Source: Candidatus Poribacteria bacterium (GTDB lineage: Bacteria; Poribacteria; WGA-4E; PCPOR2b). Taken from it: a stretch of 64,000 bases of DNA. The first letter of the stretch is position 1. Each line of letters starts with the position of its first letter. The notes under the pieces are model-generated. The model saw only the letters and a program-made list of their open reading frames with translations. It had not been told where the DNA came from and searched no databases. Shown here one piece after another: positions 29,963 through 39,417 of this stretch. The DNA lies in the NCBI GenBank assembly GCA_022822005.1, contig JAJECO010000003.1, positions 45,098 to 109,097 on the forward strand, written 5' to 3'. The position numbers were made by a program, and so were the translations under genes.

Positions 29963-31432
29963 TCATTCGCTGAGATCGTCTTCTGGGTCGCCTTTGTTTA
30001 ACCAGCCGTAAGATTCCAGTTTGCGATACAGTGTCCGCAAACCGATTCCGAGCATTTCCGCCGCTCGCTTTTTGTTATTGCCGGTTTCCGCCAATGTCTT
30101 GCGGATAGCCTCCTTTTCGATATCTTCCATTGTCATTCCAACTGTTCCAACCTTATCGCTCTCCGTATCTACTGAACTCTCCTGATTATCCGGGGTATCG
30201 AGGCCCACTGGAATCCCCATTTGAGTGTCAGGATCAGAATCTATCTCTGAATCTGCGAAACTCGTTTGGAATTCGGAGGAGAAATCGCCGAGATCAAGGG
30301 TCTCCCTTTGCGCTAAGATGATGGCGGTTTCGATGACGTTGCGTAGTTCACGGATGTTTCCATCCCACGCGGCATTTTTCAGGTAATCCATCGCTTGGGG
30401 CGTGATCCCTGAAATGGAGCGTTCATGTTCTCTGCTGAACTCTTTGATGAACGCGCTGGCCAGCAGGGGAATATCCGCGCGTCGTTCTCGCAACGGGGGC
30501 ACTCGAATTGGGAAGCGGTTGATACGGTGATATAGATCGGTACGGAATTTGCCGTTTTTTATCGAATCTTCAAGATCTGCGTTGGTCGCAGCGACGATAC
30601 GGACATCGGTTTTGATGGGTTTATCTCCGCCGAGGCGTGTGAACTCCTGCCCTTCGAGTACACGGAGGAATTTCACCTGTGTTTCGGGTCCCATTTCCCC
30701 GACCTCGTCGAGCAGTAGGGTTCCGCCATTTGCCTGTTCAAACAGCCCCAGCTTGCGGGTCGTTGCGCCGGTGAAGGCACCACGTTCATGACCAAACAGT
30801 TCGCTCTCAAGGAGCTCGCGATAGAGTGCGCCGCAGTTGATTGTCCGATACGGCTTGTCCTTGCGGCGGCTATGGTTGTGGAGCGCATTCGCAATCAATT
30901 CCTTTCCAACGCCACTCTCGCCACGGATGAGGACCGTTGCGTTGGTGGGAGCAACCAGCCGGATCATACGGAAAACCTCTTGCATCGGTTTTGAGGTGCC
31001 GATTATGTTCGCAAACCCGAACTTGTCATCGAGTTGTTCCCGCAGGTTGACGTTTTGGAGGAAGAGCGACCGCTTTTCGAGTGCGTTTTTCGTTGTTTGG
31101 CGCAGGATGTTGATCTGTATCGGTTTCTCAAGGTAACCATCCGCTCCCGCTCTTGTGGCTTGAACGGCGCTATCGATCGAGCCGTAACCTGTTAAGATGA
31201 TGACCTGTGTGTAGGGATAGTTATCCTTTATATGCTTGAGCAGATCAATCCCGCTTAGGTCGGGCATCTTTTCGTCCGTGATGACCACATCGATGTCTTC
31301 AGCGGCTAAAGTCTCCAACGCCTCGCGCCCGCCCGACGCTGCGAATAGGTCGTAACCTTCGCGTTCAAGCACTTCGCTGGCTGCTTCGATACTTGCCGAG
31401 TCATCGTCTACAACAAGGATTTTTGAGGGCAT
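29963..31432 (-). CDS. Sigma-54-dependent response regulator (NtrC/AtoC family)
   Basis: Receiver domain, GESGVGKE, ESELFGHERGAFTGA, WDGNIRELRN, Fis HTH. Confidence 0.95.
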   Translation of the reverse strand: MPSKILVVDDDSASIEAASEVLEREGYDLFAASGGREALETLAAEDIDVVITDEKMPDLSGIDLLKHIKDNYPYTQVIILTGYGSIDSAVQATRAGADGYLEKPIQINILRQTTKNALEKRSLFLQNVNLREQLDDKFGFANIIGTSKPMQEVFRMIRLVAPTNATVLIRGESGVGKELIANALHNHSRRKDKPYRTINCGALYRELLESELFGHERGAFTGATTRKLGLFEQANGGTLLLDEVGEMGPETQVKFLRVLEGQEFTRLGGDKPIKTDVRIVAATNADLEDSIKNGKFRTDLYHRINRFPIRVPPLRERRADIPLLASAFIKEFSREHERSISGITPQAMDYLKNAAWDGNIRELRNVIETAIILAQRETLDLGDFSSEFQTSFADSEIDSDPDTQMGIPVGLDTPDNQESSVDTESDKVGTVGMTMEDIEKEAIRKTLAETGNNKKRAAEMLGIGLRTLYRKLESYGWLNKGDPEDDLSE

Positions 31433-31500
31433 CTTATCACCTGACAAGTTGATTCATCAGTTCATTAGTTCATTTGATGAACTTTTAGCGGATGAACGTT

Positions 31501-32283
31501 CTACCTGAGGGGCAGCACAATGGAGAATTTTGCACCTTGACCGGGGCTGCTTTCCACGTTTATAGACCCGCCATGACCCTCGATCACCTGCTTTGCGATT
31601 GTGAGCCCGATACCAGTTCCACCCTCTTTTGTGGAGAAGAACAGATCAAAGACTTTATCGAGTTGTTCCGGTTCGACCCCTTGACCTGTATCTTCGACAT
31701 CAATTTGTACCCCCTCATCCAACTGTATTGCGCGAACCGTGAGGGTGCCGCCATCTTCCATCGCCTGAACTCCGTTGATGATGAGGTTAAGTAGCGCCTG
31801 CTTGAACTGCGATTGGTCAAGTTGAACGGGGGGCAGCGCGTCTATTTCTCGGTTGACCTGAACCTTCTGCCTTTGTGCTTCTGGCTCGTTGAAGTCCAAA
31901 ACCTCTTCGATCAAGACAGCGAGATCACAGGTTTCGAGCGTCAGTGGCGGCAGATTTGCATAACGACGAAAATCAGTCAATATTCGATTGAGACGTTCCA
32001 CCTCCCCGCGGATACGCCGGACACGCTTCCGCAGCTCGCCGGAAGAACGAGGCTCCTCAGCGGATAGATCCTCTTCCAGAATTTGGAGGTTAACGCTAAT
32101 GCTATTTAGCGGATTTCGGATTTCATGGACTAACTCACGGGTGGTGGGATGTGCTGGTTTAGTAGACTCATTATTGAGTGCTTGGGGGCGCAGGTGTCTC
32201 CGTCGCCGAGCCGCGACAATCAGAATGCCAACGACAAGAATCAGAATGAGTCCACTTGGAATCAACCACCAGGTGACGTTCAT
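31501..32283 (-). CDS. Minimal membrane-anchored sensor histidine kinase
   Basis: One N-terminal TM helix, HEIRNPL, NLIINGVQAM, DTGQGV, GTGIGL. Confidence 0.92.
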   Translation of the reverse strand: MNVTWWLIPSGLILILVVGILIVAARRRRHLRPQALNNESTKPAHPTTRELVHEIRNPLNSISVNLQILEEDLSAEEPRSSGELRKRVRRIRGEVERLNRILTDFRRYANLPPLTLETCDLAVLIEEVLDFNEPEAQRQKVQVNREIDALPPVQLDQSQFKQALLNLIINGVQAMEDGGTLTVRAIQLDEGVQIDVEDTGQGVEPEQLDKVFDLFFSTKEGGTGIGLTIAKQVIEGHGGSINVESSPGQGAKFSIVLPLR

Positions 32284-32457
32284 ACGATTTGACAGGGGAG
32301 ATATTAAGAGAAAGGGCGTTTGTCGTCAGACCCCCGCGGCATCGCCGGGAAAATGTCTATGCAACGCCCGAACGACGAAATTGGTTCATTGGTGTATTGG
32401 TTCACTGGTAGATTATGGCAGATTTTAGAGTTATTTAGACACACCCAATGTACGGCT

Positions 32458-32548
32458 AACCCCCTAAATCCCCCAACCCCTAACCCCCCTAGCCCTCCTT
32501 CCGATTTTATCGGAATCCCGAGTATCGGGACTTGGCAGGGGGACTTAT
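32458..32548. repeat. CCCCTAAATCCCC..GGGGACTT hairpin repeat with nested insertions
   Basis: Uninterrupted copy at 38326-38358. Confidence 0.6.
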
Positions 32549-32625
32549 GAGCCAGCTGCGTAAATCCTACTAATGAACTCAATATGCTCACCAACTCGTA
32601 CTAAAGGTTAAAAACATGAGTACGA

Positions 32626-32650
32626 GCCCGGAAGGGGGATTCCTCCGGGC
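32626..32650 (-). terminator. GC-rich hairpin after secDF, possible terminator
   Basis: GCCCGGA/TCCGGGC stem; no clear U-tract. Confidence 0.4.
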
Positions 32651-32674
32651 TAACACCGATGGATCTATCGGCTG

Positions 32675-35600
32675 CTACACAGTACCTTCTTGGACCTCTT
32701 GGACTTCTTGGATCTCTCTATTCCGAGTTTTCATGTGCCAGAGATGTATGATTGGACTGGCGATAAAAACAGATGAATAGGTTCCAACGATGACGCCCAC
32801 AATTAACGCCAATGCAAAGGTATTAATCTCTTGCCCCGCAGCCGTTTGAAGGAAAATCACGAGAACAACAAAGAGCGTTGTCAAAGAGGTCACCACGGTC
32901 CGGCTCAACGATTGATTGATGCTTCTGTTGATCACCTCGGCAAAGTCGGTCCCCTTGAGCAGCGTACTGTTCTCACGGATACGATCAAACACAACAATCG
33001 TATCGTTCAGGGAGTAACCGATAATTGTGAGGAATGCGGCGACCGTCGGCAGGTTAATTTCCTTCACGAAGACCGAAAAGACGCCCAGTGTAATCAACAC
33101 ATCGTGGATCAGAGCCGCAATCGCACCGATAGCGAAACGGAACTCAAATCGCCAAGAGATATAGAAAAGCAGGATAACTATTGACCAGAGCACAGACCAC
33201 AGTGCTGCCCACTTCAGGTCCTTGCCGACGCTGGGTCCGACCTCATTCACACTTATTGCACGCGGCACGGCTTTCCAGTCTCGATCCCCCTGTAACAACG
33301 CATCAGTAAGGATCTGTCCGACACTCGCTTGGATCTGTATTTGCGCTGCCTGTGTCAGATCCGATCCAATTTCGTTCGCGAGTGCGAAGGTGATTGTGTC
33401 CTCGTCCTCTGTTACCTCACGGATTTCATTTCGCAGTCGGACATCCCCCTCGATAAGCTGAATAGCATCTCCGGGTTGGAACACATGCACCCTCTCCTGC
33501 GCGGAACTCACTTGAACGCTCATGGCGCTTGCGTCCCCAGGATCCGCGGACAACGGCACAACAACCCTCTGACTTTCAAATTCGGTGCTGTAACCGATGT
33601 CAATTGAGGCTTCCTGCTTTGCGGGGTCTACCTGGACTTTTGAACGCTCATAGCCCAGTTCCGTCAATTTAGCCGAGAGTTCCGGTTGGGTGACCACGCG
33701 ATTAAATTTAGCGTAGGTCTTGACGCCGCCCCGAAAGTCAATTCCAAAATTAGGTCCGTTATGCAGAACGAGTGAAACAACGCCGATAGTAATGAGGATT
33801 GCAGATAGAGTGAACCCGATTCGACTCTTACCGAGAAAACCGACGGTTGTGTTTCTGATGGCCTCCCGCCCGATACTTAACCTCTGGACGTTCCGACCGC
33901 CAAGCACCCAGCCGTAAATCTCTCGCGTGACAACGATGGCGGTGAACATACTGGCAAAGATACCGATCCCCAATGTGACGGCAAACCCCTTGATGGGACC
34001 CGTTCCGAAATGGTAGAGCACCGCTGCGACGGCTAACGTCGTTACGTTGGCATCAAGGATTGTCCAGAAGGCTTTTTGGTAGCCGGTCTGGATTGCGGAC
34101 CACACGGTTTTTCCAGTGCGCAGCTCCTCACGGATACGCTCAAAGATAAGGACATTTGCATCAACTGCCATACCGATGGTTAGCACAAGCCCAGCGAGTC
34201 CGGGCAGGGTCAAGGCGGCACCAAACCCGGCAAGTGCGCCCAGAATGATGAGCATATTAAATGCGAGTGCGATGATCGCAACAATACCCGAAAACCGGTA
34301 GTAGATTAACATAAAGATCAGGACGACACCCATGCCGATAACGGCGGCACGAACACCATCGTCGATCGCTTCTTGACCGAGGGTGGGTCCAACGGTCCGC
34401 TCTTCTGCGATTTTCACGCCGACAGGAAATGCCCCGGCTTTGAGAATGTTCGCCAGATATTGGGCTTCCTCAAAGGTAAAGTCTCCGGAGATTTGGGCAT
34501 TTCCACCGAGAATCGGTTCGTTGATTCGGGGCGCAGATTGAACCTTTCCATCCAGCAGAATGGCCAACAGTTCACCGACATGGTTGGTAGTCAGCTGCCC
34601 GAATTGTCGGGTCCCCTGGGAGTCGAAACTCATAGACACGACAATCTCAAAGCTGGTATTGCCCGGGGTCTCGCGCGCATTCCTGATCCGGTCGCCACTC
34701 AGCAGGACTGGGCTCTGCACAACGTACCAACTATTCGCCAAAGCGGTCCCGTCGTCGTTATGGTATCGAATTTCGGCACCTTCGGGGATTTCATCAGGCG
34801 GTGGGGTAGCCGCGGATCCGAACCAAGCGCCTGTACCGGTAGGACTTTTTTCTACCAGTTTAAATTCGAGTCGTCCCATCGTCTTGACGATCTGGAGCGG
34901 TCTCGATGAATCCTTCGCTCCGGGCAATTCTACGATAATTCGGGGACGATTGGCTTCGCGCCGAATAGACGGTTCAGCAACACCGAACGCATCAATACGG
35001 TTGCGTAGCACCACCATGACTTGGTCGATTGCTTGCTCGCTGTATTGTTCCAAGCCGGATTCATTCAAGCGGATCTGATAGGTGATTTCTGTGTCGGTCC
35101 GATTAATTTCCTGGGGGGCATCGAAGAACTCTAACTCTTCAAGATTGTCCTGTGCCGTTTTCAGATATTCAGTCAGCTCGTTTGGGCCCGACAGCCGTTT
35201 CGGGATGCCCACAATGACATTCAGGGCATTTTCCTCTAAGATCGGTTCCGCCACCCTGCAATGGATCTTATCCGTCCGCAATCGATCAGGAATCGATGAG
35301 GCGCGTCCCTTCAGCAGTTCAATTTTTGATTCCTCAAGATCCACCTCAAGAACAAGGTGCACCCCACCTCTAAGATCGAGGCCGAGTTTTAAGCGATTAT
35401 CCGGTATCAGGCGACGGACGATCGCCGGAATAGTTCCGTATAGATGTAGATTTTCCAGAACCCTTTTGAGGTCAGCTTCGCTCTTTGGGGACAAGAAATT
35501 AACAAGGAACTCTCCTTCTTCCGTTGTATCAAATTGGTAATCCACCAACTCTTCAAATCCATTAGCCTCTAATCTTTTCGCCAGGATTTCCCTGAGTTCC

Positions 35601-35830
35601 GTTGTTGCATCCTGAAAGTTGATACCTTCCGGGTATTGAACGTCTCGCAGGCTTACCTTTATTGCATTCTCGTCGGTTACTTCAAATTGGGGGAGCCTCT
35701 CTTGCATCCAGAGGGAGAGATTTCCGTATAGTGGATTGTAGAGATTCTCCGGGGTCGGGATGAGGTACAGTACTGAAAACAGGAGTACCACAAGGATTAA
35801 AATTATTTTCCACACACTAACGCTGTACAT
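32675..35830 (-). CDS. secDF: Fused protein translocase subunit SecDF
   Basis: LGLDLRGG, RNRIDAFGVAEP, VGPTLG, GMAVDANVLIFERIREE, GIDFRGG, GYSLNDTIVVFDRIRE. Confidence 0.97.
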   Translation of the reverse strand: MYSVSVWKIILILVVLLFSVLYLIPTPENLYNPLYGNLSLWMQERLPQFEVTDENAIKVSLRDVQYPEGINFQDATTELREILAKRLEANGFEELVDYQFDTTEEGEFLVNFLSPKSEADLKRVLENLHLYGTIPAIVRRLIPDNRLKLGLDLRGGVHLVLEVDLEESKIELLKGRASSIPDRLRTDKIHCRVAEPILEENALNVIVGIPKRLSGPNELTEYLKTAQDNLEELEFFDAPQEINRTDTEITYQIRLNESGLEQYSEQAIDQVMVVLRNRIDAFGVAEPSIRREANRPRIIVELPGAKDSSRPLQIVKTMGRLEFKLVEKSPTGTGAWFGSAATPPPDEIPEGAEIRYHNDDGTALANSWYVVQSPVLLSGDRIRNARETPGNTSFEIVVSMSFDSQGTRQFGQLTTNHVGELLAILLDGKVQSAPRINEPILGGNAQISGDFTFEEAQYLANILKAGAFPVGVKIAEERTVGPTLGQEAIDDGVRAAVIGMGVVLIFMLIYYRFSGIVAIIALAFNMLIILGALAGFGAALTLPGLAGLVLTIGMAVDANVLIFERIREELRTGKTVWSAIQTGYQKAFWTILDANVTTLAVAAVLYHFGTGPIKGFAVTLGIGIFASMFTAIVVTREIYGWVLGGRNVQRLSIGREAIRNTTVGFLGKSRIGFTLSAILITIGVVSLVLHNGPNFGIDFRGGVKTYAKFNRVVTQPELSAKLTELGYERSKVQVDPAKQEASIDIGYSTEFESQRVVVPLSADPGDASAMSVQVSSAQERVHVFQPGDAIQLIEGDVRLRNEIREVTEDEDTITFALANEIGSDLTQAAQIQIQASVGQILTDALLQGDRDWKAVPRAISVNEVGPSVGKDLKWAALWSVLWSIVILLFYISWRFEFRFAIGAIAALIHDVLITLGVFSVFVKEINLPTVAAFLTIIGYSLNDTIVVFDRIRENSTLLKGTDFAEVINRSINQSLSRTVVTSLTTLFVVLVIFLQTAAGQEINTFALALIVGVIVGTYSSVFIASPIIHLWHMKTRNREIQEVQEVQEGTV

Positions 35831-35853
35831 TCATTTCTCCTAAGGATAAAAAA

Positions 35854-35929
35854 TGGTGCGCCTGGGAGGATTCGAACCCCCGACACGAGGCTTAGGAAGC
35901 CCCTGCTCTATCCCCTGAGCTACAGGCGC
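35854..35929 (-). tRNA. tRNA-Arg(CCT), CCA encoded
   Basis: GCGCCTG acceptor stem, TTCCTAA anticodon loop, GGTTCGAATCC, 3' ACCA. Confidence 0.95.
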
Positions 35930-35970
35930 AGCTCGACTAACGACAAAGGGATAGTATAGCATATTGAGGG

Positions 35971-36486
35971 TTAAAATTCAATTAGAGAAAAAATATCGTG
36001 ATTCAGGAATTTTTCGCGTCCATTGAGGAAAGTAAGTTCGATAAGAACTGCAATTCCTGCGACTTTACTGCCAAGCTTTTCGACGAGTTCGATCGACGCG
36101 GCAATTGTCCCGCCGGTTGCAATCACATCGTCACAGATTACTACGCGACTTCCCGGCGAGCAGGCGTCCTGATGAATAGCGAGGGTATCTACGCCGTACT
36201 CCAGTTCATAACTGGCTTCATGTGTAAGGTAGGGGAGTTTTCCCCTCTTGCGAACGGGCACAAAGCTCACACCTAAACGATAGGCAAGTGCGCTGCCAAA
36301 GATAAATCCACGTGCATCTATTCCGACTATCGTATCAATATCCTTTGATTCGTAGTGGGCTGCCATTGTATCTACCGCATCGCGGAAGGCACCTGGATTT
36401 TGGAGCAGCGGGGTGATATCCTTGAATAGGATTCCGGGCTGCGGAAAATCGGGAACTTCCCGAATAAATTTGGAAAAATCGGTCAT
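35971..36486 (-). CDS. apt: Adenine phosphoribosyltransferase
   Basis: PDFPQPGILFKDITPLL, ARGFIFG, RKRGKLP, YELEYG, DDVIATGGT. Confidence 0.97.
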   Translation of the reverse strand: MTDFSKFIREVPDFPQPGILFKDITPLLQNPGAFRDAVDTMAAHYESKDIDTIVGIDARGFIFGSALAYRLGVSFVPVRKRGKLPYLTHEASYELEYGVDTLAIHQDACSPGSRVVICDDVIATGGTIAASIELVEKLGSKVAGIAVLIELTFLNGREKFLNHDIFSLIEF

Positions 36487-36605
36487 AGATTCACTCCGAT
36501 CTATACAAAGTCGAAGAAAAAAGAAAAAGTTTATCAAAGAAAAATGTGCAAAACGTTAAGGGCGTGAAATGTGAAAACCATTTTTTCATTAGTTCATTGG
36601 TGCAA

Positions 36606-36671
36606 TCGGGCAAGATGCCCGACCTACGGGTGTGGTACGCCTTGATACGCATGTCGCCCCGCTGGAGCTTT
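36606..36671. repeat. GTAG-type REP plus a GCYCCAGCGGGGC unit
   Basis: TCGGGCAAGATGCCCGACCTAC and CATGTCGCCCCGCTGGAGC. Confidence 0.65.
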
Positions 36672-36707
36672 AGACAACAATTTGAGTTGAAATATAAAGA
36701 CAGAGTT

Positions 36708-37553
36708 TTAATACGCTGCTCTTACCTCAAAATCCGCAAGCTGCGTCAAGTAATCGTAGCTTTGCTGTGCGGCATCCTCTGGCTCCATAATTTCGGTGAA
36801 CGCTTGATGCACTGTCACATAGCCGTTGTAGCCAATTTCTGCCAATCCCTCAAAGACACTCGAATAGTCAATGCCGCCCTCATCCTGCAAGCGAATCGGA
36901 TCGTGTGGAACATCTCCGTGAATCCATGTCTCAAGATGCGTCTTTCCGTCAGGACGACGGATATGGTTTTGGAGGTAGACGTTGAACAGGTAGGGTGAAA
37001 AACGTTTGAGTGTTTCGGGACCGTAATCCTGCCCACAGAGGTCTAAATTCGCTGGTTCGTAGATGATACCGAAGTTGTTTCTTCCCACCCGTTTGAGGAT
37101 ATCGACTGAGCCGTCCACCGTTTCAAACAGACTGCGCGTGTGTGACTGATGTGCCAACCGGATGCCTCGCTCGAAAGCTTCGTCGGAAGCCCGTTTCGCC
37201 CAGATGATGTCCTCCTCTTTTTTCATGGCAATCCGGATCAGATTGGCACCCAACAGTTCGGTCAGATCCAAATAAGGGGTAATATTTCGTAGGGCATCGG
37301 GACCTTGGTCATTGTTGATTGGAATTGGGAAATCGCCCGTGACCATGGACACAGCGAGATTGAGTTGACGGGCTCTCTGGCGGATAGCGGTGATTTCCTG
37401 GAGCGGTGTCTGTGTCCCCGCCTGTGACGCTCTCATACAGACCGCATGATAACCGAGTTGATCGGCGAGCGTGGCGATTTGATCAAAGGACCGGATGGTA
37501 TCTTCTTTGGATCCGGGTGCTTCTGCCACCCGAACCGAGAGTGAAAGTTTCAT
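36708..37553 (-). CDS. Sugar phosphate isomerase/epimerase family (xylose isomerase-like TIM barrel)
   Basis: NFGIIYEPANL and IGYNGYVTVH motifs; AGGAG before MKLSLS. Confidence 0.75.
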   Translation of the reverse strand: MKLSLSVRVAEAPGSKEDTIRSFDQIATLADQLGYHAVCMRASQAGTQTPLQEITAIRQRARQLNLAVSMVTGDFPIPINNDQGPDALRNITPYLDLTELLGANLIRIAMKKEEDIIWAKRASDEAFERGIRLAHQSHTRSLFETVDGSVDILKRVGRNNFGIIYEPANLDLCGQDYGPETLKRFSPYLFNVYLQNHIRRPDGKTHLETWIHGDVPHDPIRLQDEGGIDYSSVFEGLAEIGYNGYVTVHQAFTEIMEPEDAAQQSYDYLTQLADFEVRAAY

Positions 37554-37579
37554 CGTTAGAAACGTCTCCTTTTGAAAAT

Positions 37580-37681
37580 TATAGTGGATCTTAGAATTAA
37601 TGAGACACGCCAAACCGGTGCGGTTAGGAAACCGAACCTACCAAGGGCGAAAGTGTCTATTTATTTTTAGAATTCACCATA
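37580..37681. mobile_element. TA-flanked MITE-like element, family S3, with a single REP cargo
   Basis: About 29-bp imperfect TIR TATAGTGGATCTTAGAATTAATGAGACAC / GTGTCTATTTATTTTTAGAATTCACCATA. Confidence 0.75.
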
Positions 37682-37690
37682 AATGTTGTT

Positions 37691-38194
37691 TCAGAACTGG
37701 AATGGCACCCCTCTCATTCGCATTCCAAGCTCGTCATAGGTACGCCTTCTGAGCACCTCTGGCAGTCGGAGCTGGGGCAGTTCCAGATCTTCAAACGCCA
37801 CCTGCTGATTAGGCGTCAGGTCTGCCTGAATATCGTGGATGAGCCCAGAGATCTCTTTGGCATATTCTCTCCGTTGCGCGACAAAACTTCTGAGTTTTAT
37901 TCTCAGTTGGTGCCATTCATACCGAACGCCCCTGTTCAAACGCCCGCCCTCATATCGGCTCATTGGAGGCAGGTTGGCACGACTGTAGTAACGGCGGTAT
38001 TCCGCTTCCACTTCATCCCTTTCGAACTCATAATCCTCAACGATGTCCCGGATGAGCACAATCTTCGGCTCAATGCGCTCCCGTTGCTCTTCCGACAATC
38101 TAAGTGCCGCGGTGGTATCGGGCAGATTAATCAGTTTAACCCCTCCACCACAACCGAGAAGCAGTAGGCTGAAGATAAACAGTTGGAGCCGCAT
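37691..38194 (-). CDS. Hypothetical helical lipoprotein
   Basis: Lipobox LLLLGC; Spy/CpxP-like 'LSEEQ' and 'LTPNQ' motifs; start uncertain. Confidence 0.6.
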   Translation of the reverse strand: MRLQLFIFSLLLLGCGGGVKLINLPDTTAALRLSEEQRERIEPKIVLIRDIVEDYEFERDEVEAEYRRYYSRANLPPMSRYEGGRLNRGVRYEWHQLRIKLRSFVAQRREYAKEISGLIHDIQADLTPNQQVAFEDLELPQLRLPEVLRRRTYDELGMRMRGVPFQF

Positions 38195-38358
38195 GAGGTG
38201 TGAGTTCCATGTGTTCATTGGTTCATTCATTTGGCACATCGGTTCATTAATGAACGAAGTCGGTTTTGTTGCGCGAGTTCCTGGCGTGAACGGTTATTAT
38301 GGTAGCTTTTAGGGTTACTTGCACACAACCCCCTAAATCCCCTTGTCAGGGGGACTTG

Positions 38359-39360
38359 TTACACCCGGCAGTTGTCAAGTAGGTCTTCATCGAGTTCAAT
38401 TCCCAGTCCCGGTGCATCGGGAACGGTTGCGTAGCCGTTTTCCATCTGGACCGCTGGCGTAACAATGTCGAACGCTCGCAGACAATTGAGTGTAATCGAT
38501 GACATCGTCGCATTGGGCATTGTGGCAGCGAGATGGATGAGATACGTGGTTGTTATTCCCATCCCGACAATCTGAATCCAGAGCGGCAGATGCGCTGCCT
38601 CAGAAATATCGGCTTCGCGTTTGGCGTTTGCAGCACGTGAGTCTGGGTAGGCGATGATGAAGGAATCGTTCATGCCCGCCTTGATCGCTTCGACGGGATC
38701 GGGATTGCCAAAGTGGATCGTGATTGGCATATCGCAGCCGCGTCGAATCTCTAAGTATCCGTCGATGTCGCCTTGGGGGATAGGTGATTCAAACGCCTCA
38801 ATGTTGTAATCCCGGAGTTGCTTTGCGAACTCAATAGACTTTGCCGGTGTCTCAAATGAGTCGTTAGGATCAACCCGCAGCTTGTAATCGGACGGAACGG
38901 CCTCAGAGATAGCACCCACCTGTTCGACGATATCGTGCCATGGGCGCGCCTTGATTTTGTGGAGTCGGTATCCGAGTGAATAGGCACGTTTGGCTTCTTC
39001 TGCCCATTCTGCGGCCGGCATATCGATCGACCAATATCCGATCGCCACCTTATCTTGCACCTTTTCGCCAACAAGTTGATGCACCGGCACACCGAGTGAT
39101 TTACCCATGATGTCGTATGCGGCTTGCTGAACTGGGGTGGGTGCCAGTCCGTTCATGAATTCAAACGGATCTCTGCCAACGTACTCCTGAAGATTCTCAT
39201 CGGGCTGCCCTTCAGCTTCGCCGATACCAACGATTCCTGCGTCGGTGTGGACCTTATAGACGGTGTTCCCTTGGTATAGATTCCGTTCGACCATCATTTC
39301 AGCGATGCCTTCATGGTATGGAACGTTGACCGATATTGCGTCGATTTGGGTGATCTTCAT
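38359..39360 (-). CDS. Mandelate racemase/muconate lactonizing enzyme family (enolase superfamily)
   Basis: YDIMGKSLGVPVHQL, KIK, LRVDPN, ESP, PGLGIELD. Confidence 0.9.
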   Translation of the reverse strand: MKITQIDAISVNVPYHEGIAEMMVERNLYQGNTVYKVHTDAGIVGIGEAEGQPDENLQEYVGRDPFEFMNGLAPTPVQQAAYDIMGKSLGVPVHQLVGEKVQDKVAIGYWSIDMPAAEWAEEAKRAYSLGYRLHKIKARPWHDIVEQVGAISEAVPSDYKLRVDPNDSFETPAKSIEFAKQLRDYNIEAFESPIPQGDIDGYLEIRRGCDMPITIHFGNPDPVEAIKAGMNDSFIIAYPDSRAANAKREADISEAAHLPLWIQIVGMGITTTYLIHLAATMPNATMSSITLNCLRAFDIVTPAVQMENGYATVPDAPGLGIELDEDLLDNCRV

Positions 39361-39417
39361 GGTGTTTGTCTCCTCTTGTGGTTTATTCGATTTGTGGATG
39401 CTTGATTCACAGGGTTG

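Noticed and set aside
32455-32495. Telomere-like CCCTAA runs
   Set aside because: Part of the nested CCCCTAAATCCCC repeat family, short and degenerate
35854-35929. tRNA-Arg as a genomic-island attachment site
   Set aside because: No integrase, no duplicated 3' end seen, and core genes on both sides
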